Counted from the first letter of the stretch, positions 1 through 10,847 are shown. The stretch: DNA of 64,000 nucleotides from Eudoraea algarum (GCF_050589645.1 NZ_JBNGOQ010000003.1:392277-456276), one strand, 5' to 3'. Translations and numbers: made by a program. Notes: generated by a model not told the origin, from the letters alone.

Positions 1-131
1 TGCACATCAGGGATATTATCAATTAAGTTTAGATGCTCATAAATGGTTACAGGTGAACGGTTAGGCGCATCTTCATATTTATCATATTCAAGTCCTTCAA
101 TGGTGCCCCCAGTAGTAATTATTTGAATCAT
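1..131 (-). CDS. Partial CDS (N-terminus only; gene runs off the left edge). The MIQIITTGGTIEG motif resembles the asparaginase/glutaminase N-terminal TGGTIAG signature.
   Basis: ATG at 129-131 on the minus strand, open reading frame to the window edge, TGGTI motif. Confidence 0.3.
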   Translation of the reverse strand, partial: MIQIITTGGTIEGLEYDKYEDAPNRSPVTIYEHLNLIDNIPDV

Positions 132-178
132 TTTGAATACTTTCTAGATTAAGAATGTGTATTTGTTTTAATTTAGAC

Positions 179-760
179 TTAATGCCAAAGCCTAAAAAGA
201 TTTACCAATAATTGGTCTACTACAAAAAGTAATGTCATAATACCAGCGATGACTAATACTCTTTTAGTTTTTGAAGTCAAAGATGAAATCTGATTATTGT
301 TAATCTTGATTTTATTAGTTAGAATAGCGAAAGCTTTTTGGATTTTTTCCTTATTAAAGTATAGAATCAAATTTAATAGTAAGAAATATAACATAGCATT
401 TGCTAATGCTCCTTTACTCTCTAAGAAGATAATATCAAAAACTATAATATTTACCATTATTGGCAATAGAATAAACACCCCTATAATTTTTGTTTTATTC
501 AATAATAAAAACCAAGCTCCTATGATTTGTAATATCCCTACGAATAGAATGTAGCCATAAGAATATCCCATAAATGTCCACGCAATATTGAAAGCACTAG
601 CATTCTCTAAAGTTATTGCAGCTACATCTTCAGGGAGTCTCCCTCTTCGATAAAACTGTCCACCCATTATTTTTCCGATACCATAGAAGTTCAGAAAACC
701 AAACACATACAAACGACATACTAATTCATATATTCTATTATCAATTTTGTTTAAAAACAT
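179..760 (-). CDS. DoxX-like integral membrane protein
   Basis: 193 aa with multiple hydrophobic helices; sequence resembles the DoxX family. Confidence 0.45.
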   Translation of the reverse strand: MFLNKIDNRIYELVCRLYVFGFLNFYGIGKIMGGQFYRRGRLPEDVAAITLENASAFNIAWTFMGYSYGYILFVGILQIIGAWFLLLNKTKIIGVFILLPIMVNIIVFDIIFLESKGALANAMLYFLLLNLILYFNKEKIQKAFAILTNKIKINNNQISSLTSKTKRVLVIAGIMTLLFVVDQLLVNLFRLWH

Positions 761-820
761 TTTTCTAATTACCTGTTAGATGATTTTTGTTCATGATTAA
801 GTGATGTTATAGGCTAAGAA

Positions 821-1874
821 TCAAAAGAAACGCCAATGAACCTTCCTTACTTTTAGAAGCTCTTTTCTGATTTTCTGCCATTCTACATCAGCGCTTTTTA
901 TATATTCATCTTCCTTTTTTAAAAACATATTCTTGACTCCGGATGACCAATTGAGGTATAATTTTCCGTCTGTAATTGACCAACTGTCTTGGGGCCTGCT
1001 TTCAGCACCGTATCCATTGCTTCCATGACCAGACATTCCATAAGCACACCACCCTCCATATTGGGGAGCATACTTTTCAGGATTAGCCTCGAATAAATCC
1101 CGATGCTCTTCGGAGGCAAATAACCAGGTAGCTCCATTCCATTTATAAGATGTATTCTTTTTACCCTTAGTTGCTTTCTCCAATTTGAAATAAGCTACAG
1201 GGTCGTAGCCCCCAATAACATAGCCATTACGTAATACCATAATTTCAGTGTCAGCCAATACCGGACGCATCTCATGACTATCATATGGGTCTTTAGACTT
1301 TAAACTTGGCCAGAATGTTTTTGCACCAGATTTAATATCTTTTCTAACTCTCGGCCATTGACTATCTGCATACTTAATTAGATTGGTCATTGCTTCTTTA
1401 TTTTTACTAAAATATTCCGCCCAATCGACCCTGTCTATGAGATACAATTTGTTTTTAAATATTACCCAACTGTCTTCTGGACGGGTCTGTGCACCAAAAC
1501 CTTCACCTCCGGCTCCTGCCATTTGTGTCAAAGACCAACCCCCGTATTGAGGAGAATAAGTAGTTGGGGATTTCTCAAAAAGTTCTTTATGCTCCTCTGA
1601 GAAAAAGCCAAGTTGCGTCATTCCATTCAACTTTAATGGATGCAAATCCTTTCTGAGCCTTATTTTGTTTAAAATATGCTACAGGGTCATAACCTCCTAT
1701 AGCATAACCATTCTCCAATATCATAATTTCTGAACTACCAAGATTTGGCTTCCAGTCGTCTCTGTCTTTAACAAATTCTTGGACAACAAAATCTTTTTTG
1801 ACTTTACTTTGAGCTGATATTATTATTGGAATATTAAAAGCCAGAAGCACAATTATCAATTTTATATTTCTCAT
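821..1874 (-). pseudogene. Secreted protein with three YHS-like repeats (GYDPVAYF...F.S.EH..LF...P..Y.PQYGGW), split into two ORFs (1587..1874 and 821..1645) by a +1 frameshift in an A5 run at 1603-1607.
   Basis: The upstream ORF ends ...ATWLFLRGA*. Removing one A of the run gives ...ATWLFSEEHKELFEKSPTTYSPQYGGW, which matches the later repeats; signal peptide MRNIKLIIVLLAFNIPIIISAQS. Confidence 0.5.
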
Positions 1875-2083
1875 ATCTGCATGTATTTACTGATTACAGT
1901 TATATAATAAGTAACTGGAGAAAGTATGAAATCACACTCTTATCTCTTTTTTGTAAAATTTTAACAAAAGTCTATACAGAAATGTAAATAGTGAAGCTTT
2001 CGGGATTTTAGCAGTATGTTCTATTGATTAAGACGTGCTTTTAAAATGATTTCAGAGCCTAAAAAATGAGTTGAAGGGAAAAA

Positions 2084-3052
2084 TTAGACTTGGTTTACCC
2101 ATCTTTTAGCTGCGTGCAGATAGGCACTAGGTTCCGAGTAACCTAATATGTATGCAATACCTTTTGTTTTAATGAGGTTTCCTTTTACTAAATAAATTGA
2201 AAGTTCCTTTCTAATATCGTCAATAATCCTTCTAAAGGACAAGCCTTCATCTGATAACTTTCTTTGGAAAGTCCTATCGCTTATCGGAAACTGCTTTGAT
2301 ACTTGTTCAAAATTTGGGGGTTCAGGGCAGCACATATTTAATATCATATTTCTAACCATCACAGAAAAAACTTTATTCTCAGCGTTTTGTAGAGAAAGCA
2401 TTTGTACAAACTTAGGCAACAAATATTCTATTTCTTTGGCACGTTTTGTATTTATTTCGGTAGTAAGAATGCTTTTGTTAAACTGTATGAGGTAGGCGTC
2501 TTCATATTCAACTTTGGTGTTTAAAAAACTAGAATATTCGCTAGTATCGTTATAAGGTAATTTCAGAGCAGGCAAAACACTATCACTTACCATAAGTTTA
2601 AGTTCTCTATAAATGAAACAAAATACGGTATCTAGAAGATGACTTTTTAGAATTTCATTTTTGATTGGGCTATCAAGACGAATTTCAAAACTGTTGTCAT
2701 ACTCTTTCGTAGTAAGTTCCACTATTGAAAATGATGTTGATAAGTATTGTTGCAATATAAATATCGCTTGCTCTATACTGGACGCGTTTAGAGATATTTC
2801 GGCTATAAACCCTAAAGACTTAATATTTAAGTAACAACCATAGTATAATCCAAAATAAGTATGCTTTACTTTTTGCGATAAAGTCTCAAAAACACTTAAA
2901 AACTCTTTATCACTTACATTATTTTCAGGGTTGTTGATATCCAACTCTTCATCATCTAAATATTGTCGCAGTTGCAATTCATTAGTTCCTAGATAGGAAC
3001 CGTAGTCAAATAAATTAGCTATATGTATTGCCGAAATTTTCATTGTTTGCAA
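2084..3052 (-). CDS. AraC family transcriptional regulator
   Basis: C-terminal AraC-type HTH (RTFQRKLSDEGLSFRRIIDDIR...LGYSEPSAYLHAAKRW). Confidence 0.7.
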   Translation of the reverse strand: MQTMKISAIHIANLFDYGSYLGTNELQLRQYLDDEELDINNPENNVSDKEFLSVFETLSQKVKHTYFGLYYGCYLNIKSLGFIAEISLNASSIEQAIFILQQYLSTSFSIVELTTKEYDNSFEIRLDSPIKNEILKSHLLDTVFCFIYRELKLMVSDSVLPALKLPYNDTSEYSSFLNTKVEYEDAYLIQFNKSILTTEINTKRAKEIEYLLPKFVQMLSLQNAENKVFSVMVRNMILNMCCPEPPNFEQVSKQFPISDRTFQRKLSDEGLSFRRIIDDIRKELSIYLVKGNLIKTKGIAYILGYSEPSAYLHAAKRWVNQV

Positions 3053-3126
3053 TACAAATATTGGCGTAAAATATCAATTAAACAAAAAAAGACACTTCTA
3101 TTTTTGTACCAATAAACATAAATATT

Positions 3127-3981
3127 ATGAACAAACTACAGAACACACTTTTGGCTAATGCCATATTCTCAGGAATGTCAGGAATAGGGCTTCTTTTATT
3201 TCACAAAGAGATAGCGGATATTTTTTCCGTTAATTCTAGTACTACTTTTTGGATAGTAGGAATTGCACTCATCTATTTTGCTTCGACCATTACTTACGAA
3301 ATCTTTAAACAAAGACCTATACCTATTTTATTTATAATTATTCAAGACATATTATGGGTAATAGGCAGTATAATTTTACTTGTATCACAACCATTCGGCA
3401 TCTCCATTACAGGAAACTATATAATAGCTGCAATTGCATTAATCGTCTTTTTTATGGCTATTGCTCAATCTAAAGCTTTGTCCAAAGTTGACACTATAGA
3501 TGCAGACGGAAAAAAGCGATTACGCTTTAAAACAATATTCAATGCCAATGGAACAAAAGTATGGAAAGTAATATCTGATGTAGGAAATGTTTATAAAGTA
3601 GCACCAAATATTGATGATTCATCTATCGTTTCCGGTAATGGAGAGGGGATGATTAGAAGTTGTTCACATGGAAAGGATAGTTGGACAGAGACCTGCTCTT
3701 TGTGGAAAGAAGAAGAGGCCATATCGTTTGTGGTTCATACAGATAAACCAGACTATCCGTACCCATTATCTTTTCTACAAGGAGCTTGGTACATAAAGGA
3801 AATAGATAGCAACAATACTGAAGTAGAGATGATTTTTGATTTAAAATTTAAGAATAAACTACAAAATCTGTTTGTCTACCCTCTAATGAAATTCAAGTTT
3901 GGCAAATCATTCAATGTACTACTAGATAATTGGAAAGCTATTATTGAAGAACATAGCAATGGGAGCTGGTTTTTCGCATAA
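3127..3981 (+). CDS. Membrane-anchored SRPBCC (START/polyketide cyclase-like) domain protein
   Basis: About four N-terminal TM helices, then an SRPBCC-like C-terminal domain (WKVISDVGNVYKVAPNI...); a canonical Bacteroidetes -7 box TATTTTTG lies about 27 nt upstream. Confidence 0.45.
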   Translation: MNKLQNTLLANAIFSGMSGIGLLLFHKEIADIFSVNSSTTFWIVGIALIYFASTITYEIFKQRPIPILFIIIQDILWVIGSIILLVSQPFGISITGNYIIAAIALIVFFMAIAQSKALSKVDTIDADGKKRLRFKTIFNANGTKVWKVISDVGNVYKVAPNIDDSSIVSGNGEGMIRSCSHGKDSWTETCSLWKEEEAISFVVHTDKPDYPYPLSFLQGAWYIKEIDSNNTEVEMIFDLKFKNKLQNLFVYPLMKFKFGKSFNVLLDNWKAIIEEHSNGSWFFA

Positions 3982-4503
3982 TAAAGTGTACAAAAAATCA
4001 TCCAAAAACACGAAACAAATACTTTTTAACCAGCTCCTTAAGGAAAATGAAGGAATTTTATCTAAGGTGGTCAATCAATTTATTGCGAGTGAATATGATA
4101 GAAAAGATTTTAAACAGGAGATAATTTATCAATTATGGAAATCTTATGATTCATTTAGTGGTAGGTCCAAATTCAGCACTTGGATGTATAGGGTATCTTT
4201 AAATACTGCGCTTAAATATCTTAAGAAAAAGAAAAAGATAATTTCAAGTATAGGGATTGATGAGAACTTACTTCAAAAAATTGATGTAAAGCATACGAGA
4301 TTGAGGAACAAACAAAACTGATGTACGAGGCGCTATACAAATTAGATAAAATAGAAAAGGAGATGCTACTCTTATATTTAAAAGGATTAAAGCAGAAAGA
4401 AATTGCTCAAATAATGGGTTTTACGACCACCAATGTTGGAACCAAAATTGGGCGAATAAAATTAAAATTGAAAAAAATGGTTGCAAGGCAAGAATCAAAT
4501 TAA
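3944..4503 (+). pseudogene. ECF-type RNA polymerase sigma-70 factor, paralog of 10848..11339, split into a region-2 ORF (3944..4321) and a region-4 ORF (4321..4503) by a 1-nt deletion in an A run at about 4288-4290.
   Basis: Alignment to the intact paralog: restoring gtaaaagca gives ...IDVKAYEIEEQTKLMYEALYKL, colinear with ...TDVSDNTEEQQIEKLYETIKRL; the FSGRSKFSTWMYRV motif is conserved. Confidence 0.5.
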
Positions 4504-4621
4504 AGACTGTTCACTAAAAAATACCAGTAATAATAGAATACTGAATTTAAATGATTCAGTCAAAATGTGATTTTTAAATAGAAACTCATACCAATACATA
4601 TGAATCACATATTTATAAAAA

Positions 4622-5920
4622 ATGAAAGAATTTAAAAACATAAATACTATCCAAAAAATAAGCATAGTATTTATTGCTATAGGTGCAATGAGCATTTTTC
4701 CTGAGCACGGTACTTGGTTTCATAAAACATTGCAAACCCTATTTGTAGTAGGACTATTATTTTATATATATCCCATAAAAAGGAAAATGTTTAACTCTAA
4801 AATAAAAAAAACAACACTCATATTAATTTTCAGCATAGGTAGTATGGGGCTCAATGCACAAGATTATTCGGAACAAATTGAATCTTTTAACCTGAGTTTT
4901 GATGAAAAAGATTTGGGTAAGGTAAACAAACATTTAAGTAGCGAATTGAAGTTCGACCCTATTCCTGCTTCTAAGACTCCTATGATTATGAAAAATATAG
5001 TCACTAAGTTACCTAAACTAAATAGTATAAAAATAATTGAAAGTGAGAAAGGAAAGGCTAAAGTAAAGTATGATTTTGTAGGCTTAGGAATTAGGGAATC
5101 TCGTATTCACTTTGACGAAGAAGATAAGATTACAAAAATTGAACTAATAGAAAATCCTATCAGACAAGAGATGGAAGCTCAAAAAGCGATGAAGAAAAGC
5201 ATGCAGCAACCAAATACCAATGGCTTATCCAGTAAGTTTGAGAAAATTCAGTTTAAATCTATAGATAACCTAATGGTAACTGGGAATTTATATGAAATTT
5301 CTAAGGAAAATCCAATAATCTTGCTATGCCATCAAGCCGGTTACAATAAGTTTGAATACGCAGATATAGCGCCCCGTTTAAATCAATTAGGCTTCAATGT
5401 TTTAGCAATCGACCAACGTGCAGGAGGTGAATTTGCTGGGCATAAAAATGAAACTAACACACTAGCTAAGCAAAAAGGGTACACCAATCTTGATTTTTTA
5501 GATGCTGAACAAGATATAATTACGGCTATAGACTACCTTACTAATAGATACAGTAAAAAAATTGTATTATGGGGAAGTTCTTATTCTTCGAGTTTAGCTT
5601 TTATTATCGGAATGGAGAATGAAAATGTTATGGCTAGTATAGCCTTCAGTCCTGGCAACTATTTTGGCGACAAAAGACCTTTATTAGAAAATGTTCTTTC
5701 GAAGTCTAAGAAACCTTTTTTTATTACCTCTTCCAAGAATGAGGCACAAGAAATTAAACGTCTTCTTTTAAAAGATGTTCCTAAAGGAAAGGAAAGGATA
5801 CATTTCACGCCTAATTCCGAGGGATTTCATGGTTCTAGAGTTTTATGGGTTGGACAAACAGGAGCGGAAGAATATTGGTCTCAAATAAGGTCTTTTCTAG
5901 ATAATTATCGTAAGATATAA
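4622..5920 (+). CDS. Alpha/beta hydrolase (dienelactone hydrolase-like), secreted. The likely true start is 4787 (MFNSKIKKTTLILIFSIGSMGLNAQ signal peptide).
   Basis: C-terminal hydrolase fold (LLCHQAGYNKFEYADIAPRLNQLGFNVLAIDQRAGGE...WGSSYSS); in-frame ATG at 4787 precedes a signal peptide. Confidence 0.5.
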   Translation: MKEFKNINTIQKISIVFIAIGAMSIFPEHGTWFHKTLQTLFVVGLLFYIYPIKRKMFNSKIKKTTLILIFSIGSMGLNAQDYSEQIESFNLSFDEKDLGKVNKHLSSELKFDPIPASKTPMIMKNIVTKLPKLNSIKIIESEKGKAKVKYDFVGLGIRESRIHFDEEDKITKIELIENPIRQEMEAQKAMKKSMQQPNTNGLSSKFEKIQFKSIDNLMVTGNLYEISKENPIILLCHQAGYNKFEYADIAPRLNQLGFNVLAIDQRAGGEFAGHKNETNTLAKQKGYTNLDFLDAEQDIITAIDYLTNRYSKKIVLWGSSYSSSLAFIIGMENENVMASIAFSPGNYFGDKRPLLENVLSKSKKPFFITSSKNEAQEIKRLLLKDVPKGKERIHFTPNSEGFHGSRVLWVGQTGAEEYWSQIRSFLDNYRKI

Positions 5921-5998
5921 CTAGGCCAAAATAATGCTGTTCCAAATATGAAAACTATAGAACAGCAAGAATAATCATTTTTAAATATCCTTAGTCTG

Positions 5999-6940
5999 AT
6001 GAAGCATTTAGCTTTGCAATTATTATTCTGTTTTCTTATCATTTTCACCTCCAATGCTCAAAATGATATCCTAAATAGTAAGGTTTATGAACTGGATAGT
6101 TCAAGTTCACTTCTGTCAAGAATAGGAGAAACACCTTCGAAAATACTTGATAGATTTAGAGATGCTGGTATGAATCCTTCCAGACATACACTCACTAGGG
6201 AAGAACATAAAATAGTGTCTTCTGCATTAAATGAATTACCTCCTTTGCATCAAAGGGTACTGAAAAAACATTTGTTGAGAATAAGTTTTTTAGATAATAT
6301 GCCCAATACTGCGTTTACAGCACCTATAAGCCCAAATGATTCTATAAAGCTATACGCAATTACCGTCAGAGCTGAAATTTTAAACCAAACCGTATCAGAA
6401 TGGCTTACCGAAAAGGAACGCAATTGTTTTGATTTTTCAAATACTAATTTAAATGTATCTATTAGAGCCGGCGAGCTAAGTGCAATCTTGTATGTATTGA
6501 TTCATGAGGCTACTCATATTGTTGATGGAGCTTTGAACTTAACACCTCAATATACCGTTCCACAAAGGGAAATAGAAAATTCTTTAAAATCTAACCCATT
6601 TACGGCGAACATTTGGAAAAATAGGATTGAACCTATTGAAATATTTCAAAATAAGATGTTAGACGAAATTTACTTTAAAAGCAGAAAGAAAATGCCCATA
6701 AACAAGTCTCAAGAAATATATGGTGCACTTAAAAATTCACCTTTTGTTTCTTTGTATGGACGTAACAGCTATCATGAAGATTTGGCCGAAATTGCGACTA
6801 TATATCATTTTACCAAAAAGTTAAAACAAGAATATCAAATAGTAATTGCTAAAGGGAACTCTAAATTATTCTCATATGAACCTATGAAGTCTATGCTTGT
6901 AAAAAATAGACTTCCTCAATTAGAATATTTCTATTTATGA
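5999..6940 (+). CDS. Secreted hypothetical protein with an HExxH motif (LIHEATHIVD); putative zinc metallopeptidase-like
   Basis: Signal peptide MKHLALQLLFCFLIIFTSNAQ; HEATH motif. Confidence 0.4.
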   Translation: MKHLALQLLFCFLIIFTSNAQNDILNSKVYELDSSSSLLSRIGETPSKILDRFRDAGMNPSRHTLTREEHKIVSSALNELPPLHQRVLKKHLLRISFLDNMPNTAFTAPISPNDSIKLYAITVRAEILNQTVSEWLTEKERNCFDFSNTNLNVSIRAGELSAILYVLIHEATHIVDGALNLTPQYTVPQREIENSLKSNPFTANIWKNRIEPIEIFQNKMLDEIYFKSRKKMPINKSQEIYGALKNSPFVSLYGRNSYHEDLAEIATIYHFTKKLKQEYQIVIAKGNSKLFSYEPMKSMLVKNRLPQLEYFYL

Positions 6941-6955
6941 CATTTAGTTTCGTTA

Positions 6956-7711
6956 TCAAAAAGACATAATCTCACCATCATCTGGAATTAATATTCTATC
7001 TCTTTCTACACCATTTTTATCAGCATATAGCCTCAATGATTCCCTAGTTACTCTACAAAAGTCTATAGCCTCCAAATGGACTGCAACTAATTTAGAATTA
7101 GGAGAAAGCTTAGATAATTCAATAGTTTGTTTTTCGTCCATATGTACAGGATAATCTTCAAAATTCGGGATGATTCCACCACCTGAATTAGTCACTATAA
7201 GCTCTGGTGAGAATTTTTCCACGGCATTTCTCACTTCATCAATTAAGATACTATCACTCACAATATAAACAGTGGGTTCCTCTTTAGCCTGTATTACATA
7301 TCCAGAAACTTGCCCCATATGAGGTAGGATTGGGCCACTCCCATGTTGTCCGGCTATTCTGGTAATAGATAGGCCCTCCCATTCCAGTTCTTTTTGAATC
7401 ACACTTACATTATTGAAATGCTTAATCATAAAACTCTCATCTTCTGGTGTACAGAAGAGTTTTGTGTCTTTAGATAAGGTCTTGATTGCTTTTTCATCTA
7501 GGTGGTCAGGATGTAAATGAGTAATCAAAATTCCATCTAAGTTTTCTATTATTTCAGAAATTAACATTGTTAAATTGACAATCGGATTTTTTTGTAAGCC
7601 AGGAGCGAATGGAGGGAAAGTTTCTTTGATACTGAACATGGGGTCAATTAGTAAAACTTTGCCAGCATAGTTCAATTTTAAAGTTGCATTACGGATTAGT
7701 TGAAGTTCCAT
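6956..7711 (-). CDS. MBL-fold metallo-hydrolase
   Basis: HxHxDH motif (ITHLHPDHLD). Confidence 0.7.
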   Translation of the reverse strand: MELQLIRNATLKLNYAGKVLLIDPMFSIKETFPPFAPGLQKNPIVNLTMLISEIIENLDGILITHLHPDHLDEKAIKTLSKDTKLFCTPEDESFMIKHFNNVSVIQKELEWEGLSITRIAGQHGSGPILPHMGQVSGYVIQAKEEPTVYIVSDSILIDEVRNAVEKFSPELIVTNSGGGIIPNFEDYPVHMDEKQTIELSKLSPNSKLVAVHLEAIDFCRVTRESLRLYADKNGVERDRILIPDDGEIMSF

Positions 7712-7725
7712 AGTCGTTGTTATGT

Positions 7726-8748
7726 TTAGTAGATTTTATTTAGAACCAGTTTTCCTTTTACTCGGTTTGTTTTTAGATATTCAAAAGCCTCTTCATATTT
7801 TTCTAGTGGATATGTCCTGTCAATGATGGGTTTTATCTTTCCTTTCTCTATTAACCCTTTGACTATTTCCAATTGCTTGCCATCAGATTCTGTCAGAAAA
7901 CGATAATAGTTGACACCCTTAACGAGTGCTAAAATTTTGATTGGCAGGCTCATTAGACCAAATAAAGGGTAAAGTAAGAGTTTGTGAATAATATTGATTT
8001 TCAATTTGAGTACAAAACGAATGTCTGGTGGCCCACCAATACTTACAACCGTGCCACCTTTTTTAGCGGCTAGGATTGACCTCAATGGATTGTTGTCACC
8101 AATCAGATTGAATACAATATCATATTTTTCACCATCATCTAAAAAACTCTCAAAATCATAACAAATGACTCTGTTTGCGCCTAAAATTTCTACTAAAACT
8201 TCATTTTTATGGCTGGTTACTGCTGTAATATTAAGTCCCAAGGATTTAGCATATTGAATGGCAAAAGTACCAACACCCCCAGAACCAGAATCAATCAGAA
8301 TACTTTGTCCAGCTTTAGCCTTTGCATACTTGCTTATAGCCTGGATACAGGTCAAAGCTGCTAATGGAATTGTTGCTGCTGCTTCGTGAGTAATGTTTTT
8401 AGGTTTTGAAGCAACGTGGTCTGGGTCGGCAAGGACAAATTCGGCAAATCCACTTCCCTTATGCAATGGTAGTCGTGAAAAAACTTCCTCGCCATTTTTA
8501 AATGAAGTTACCATGCTGCCAGTCTTTCTTATGATACCGCAGATATCAAATCCAAGCTTTGGTTTCTTCACTATTGATGGTAGAATCGCCTTTAAATCGC
8601 CTTTGGCTATTTTAATGTCAATTGGGTTTAAAGCAATGGCCTTCACCTCAATCAAGACCTCATTATCGTTAGGGATGGGTTTATCAATTTCTGAAAAGGA
8701 TAAAGCTTTTCCAATATCGCCATATTTTTTTAAAAGTAAACTTTTCAT
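7726..8748 (-). CDS. NAD(P)-dependent alcohol dehydrogenase / quinone oxidoreductase (MDR superfamily)
   Basis: GroES-like N-terminus plus a Rossmann GSGGVG motif (DSGSGGVGTFAIQYAK). Confidence 0.7.
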   Translation of the reverse strand: MKSLLLKKYGDIGKALSFSEIDKPIPNDNEVLIEVKAIALNPIDIKIAKGDLKAILPSIVKKPKLGFDICGIIRKTGSMVTSFKNGEEVFSRLPLHKGSGFAEFVLADPDHVASKPKNITHEAAATIPLAALTCIQAISKYAKAKAGQSILIDSGSGGVGTFAIQYAKSLGLNITAVTSHKNEVLVEILGANRVICYDFESFLDDGEKYDIVFNLIGDNNPLRSILAAKKGGTVVSIGGPPDIRFVLKLKINIIHKLLLYPLFGLMSLPIKILALVKGVNYYRFLTESDGKQLEIVKGLIEKGKIKPIIDRTYPLEKYEEAFEYLKTNRVKGKLVLNKIY

Positions 8749-8749
8749 G

Positions 8750-10156
8750 CTATGAGTTTACAGTTTCTAAAATCCAAGTCGATATTGCTTGCAAAGCAGC
8801 AGGGTTAAAAGTTTCCTCTAGCTTTTGATATTCACTCATCTTACAGGAGTTGCATTTTTGGAAAAAGTGATTTAGACCTTCTAGTTCTTTGACCTTAAAG
8901 TTTTTTGTTTTTCCATTCTTTAAGGCTTTTTCGATAGCGATTAAATGAATATCTGCAGGTACCTGTATGTCTTTTGAGCCATTGATTGCTAGTACTGAAC
9001 ATTTTACTTTTTTGAACTCCTCTGCGGGATTGTAACTGTAGAAATATCGGGACCAAGGAGTGACCCTAGATTCTACTAATCCTTTGATGTTTTCATCTGT
9101 TTTTTCTTTTGAACCTAGCATTGGTCTTAAAATTGGCGCAATAGTTTTTTGATAATGTGCCGTCAGTTCTGTCTTTATTTTCTCGATATCGCCTCTTTGA
9201 GATGCGATTTTTATAGCTTCTCGAATGGCATCTTCATAGGCTTTTTCACTTGGTACAGGAAAGGGTCTTAAGTTTTTTGAAACTATTAACGATGTTTCAC
9301 TACCTTGAATACCGGCGCCAGCAAGACTTACTATGAAAGCTACATTCTTCTTCATTCTGTTGGCTACCATAGGCGCTATAATAGCACCTTCACTATGTCC
9401 AATCAGACCAATTTCACCTACATCATTTCTGGTTAATAAATATTCAACCGCACATTCAACATCGCTTGCAAAATCAGCTGTGGTAGCTGTTGAGAAGTCG
9501 CCGGTGGATTTGCCAAACCCTCTGTCATCAAAACGAAGTACTGCTATACCCTGGTTAGTAAGGTGGTCGGCTAAAACTAGAAATGTCTTATGACCAAAAA
9601 CCGTTTGGTCTCTATCTTGACCGCCACTTCCGCTAATGAGTACAACAGCTGGAAACTTAGAACCTTCCTTTGGCTTGGTGAATGTACCAGCCAGTTTTAC
9701 ATTTGCTGCTTCATTTTCAAACGACACATTTTCGGAGAGATATGGATATGGTTTTTTCGGTTCTTGGGGTTTTCCACTTCCTTCAATTTCCACTTGTTCT
9801 CCTTCCTTTCTTTTTAATGTAAGGGGTATTTTATTAGCACCTTCCTGAAATTTTCCTTCAAATTCATTTTTACTGTCATTATATTTTCCCCGATAACCCA
9901 TTCCAAGATTGGAACCATCTACGATAAGTTCACCATCCGAAAATGTGGTTTGTTTAGGTTTAAGACCTTCCACCCTTTGTGAAGGGATGGAAACTGTAGT
10001 GCTCAATTCACCATTTATTTCCTCAATGTCGAATATGAAAACGATTTCCTTGCCTTTTCCAAGAGTCACTTTGCCTTGCCAGACACCTGATATTTCTTGG
10101 GCATGAATTACTGTTGTTGTTATAAGCATTAATGCTATTCCTATTGTGTTTTTCAT
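8750..10156 (-). CDS. Secreted alpha/beta hydrolase with an N-terminal lipocalin-like domain
   Basis: Signal peptide; GxSxG nucleophile elbow (LIGHSEGAIIAP). Confidence 0.6.
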   Translation of the reverse strand: MKNTIGIALMLITTTVIHAQEISGVWQGKVTLGKGKEIVFIFDIEEINGELSTTVSIPSQRVEGLKPKQTTFSDGELIVDGSNLGMGYRGKYNDSKNEFEGKFQEGANKIPLTLKRKEGEQVEIEGSGKPQEPKKPYPYLSENVSFENEAANVKLAGTFTKPKEGSKFPAVVLISGSGGQDRDQTVFGHKTFLVLADHLTNQGIAVLRFDDRGFGKSTGDFSTATTADFASDVECAVEYLLTRNDVGEIGLIGHSEGAIIAPMVANRMKKNVAFIVSLAGAGIQGSETSLIVSKNLRPFPVPSEKAYEDAIREAIKIASQRGDIEKIKTELTAHYQKTIAPILRPMLGSKEKTDENIKGLVESRVTPWSRYFYSYNPAEEFKKVKCSVLAINGSKDIQVPADIHLIAIEKALKNGKTKNFKVKELEGLNHFFQKCNSCKMSEYQKLEETFNPAALQAISTWILETVNS

Positions 10157-10242
10157 TTTTACTTAAATTTTGATATTAATTATCTATTACAGCTTACGAT
10201 AGAAGCTATTTTTTTGTTCTTATTTGTAAATTTTATTTCTAT

Positions 10243-10842
10243 TTAATCTTCGAGCTCTTTTAGTATATTTTGAGCATCTGCTGTGATTTTTACGTAGCAG
10301 CCATAAGCCCATCTTGCAAAGAAGAAAAGCGCAATTAGAGCTATGGGAATAAACCATAGTAGATTATTGCTTTCGCCTGCGAAAAAGTCTTTTCCTTTGC
10401 CTATTTTTAAAGCTAAGGGTATCGCTGTTAACATAAATATAGCTGATAAAACTATGCCCCATTTTTGAACTAAGAGGAAATGGGTTCTTCGCTTGGTGAA
10501 TTCAATTATAGTTTGTTTGTAGTTTCTTTTTGCCATATCCATATTATTCATTCTATAGACTGCTGTCAGTGAGAGAATTGGTAATATGGTCATTATTATG
10601 ATACTTAGTACTGCACATATTTGAAGTGGTAACGTATCAAAAAGCTGGATGTTCCATATCACGATTATCAATGCTAAAAATAAAACTGCTGTTCCTGTAC
10701 CCTCATATTTGAGTATCGATTTCAGCTTATTGCTGTATTTTATCTTTACTACATCCATAATCACTTTATCTGTTAAGATTCTTTGATTGTCAATTTTTGT
10801 GTTGAGCTTGGACCAAGTTTCTTGTAATTCTGCTAGTTCCAT
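10243..10842 (-). CDS. Putative membrane anti-sigma factor, immediately downstream of the ECF sigma gene
   Basis: Short cytoplasmic N-terminus, then about four TM helices; 5-nt gap to the sigma gene. Confidence 0.35.
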   Translation of the reverse strand: MELAELQETWSKLNTKIDNQRILTDKVIMDVVKIKYSNKLKSILKYEGTGTAVLFLALIIVIWNIQLFDTLPLQICAVLSIIIMTILPILSLTAVYRMNNMDMAKRNYKQTIIEFTKRRTHFLLVQKWGIVLSAIFMLTAIPLALKIGKGKDFFAGESNNLLWFIPIALIALFFFARWAYGCYVKITADAQNILKELED

Positions 10843-10847
10843 TTCAG

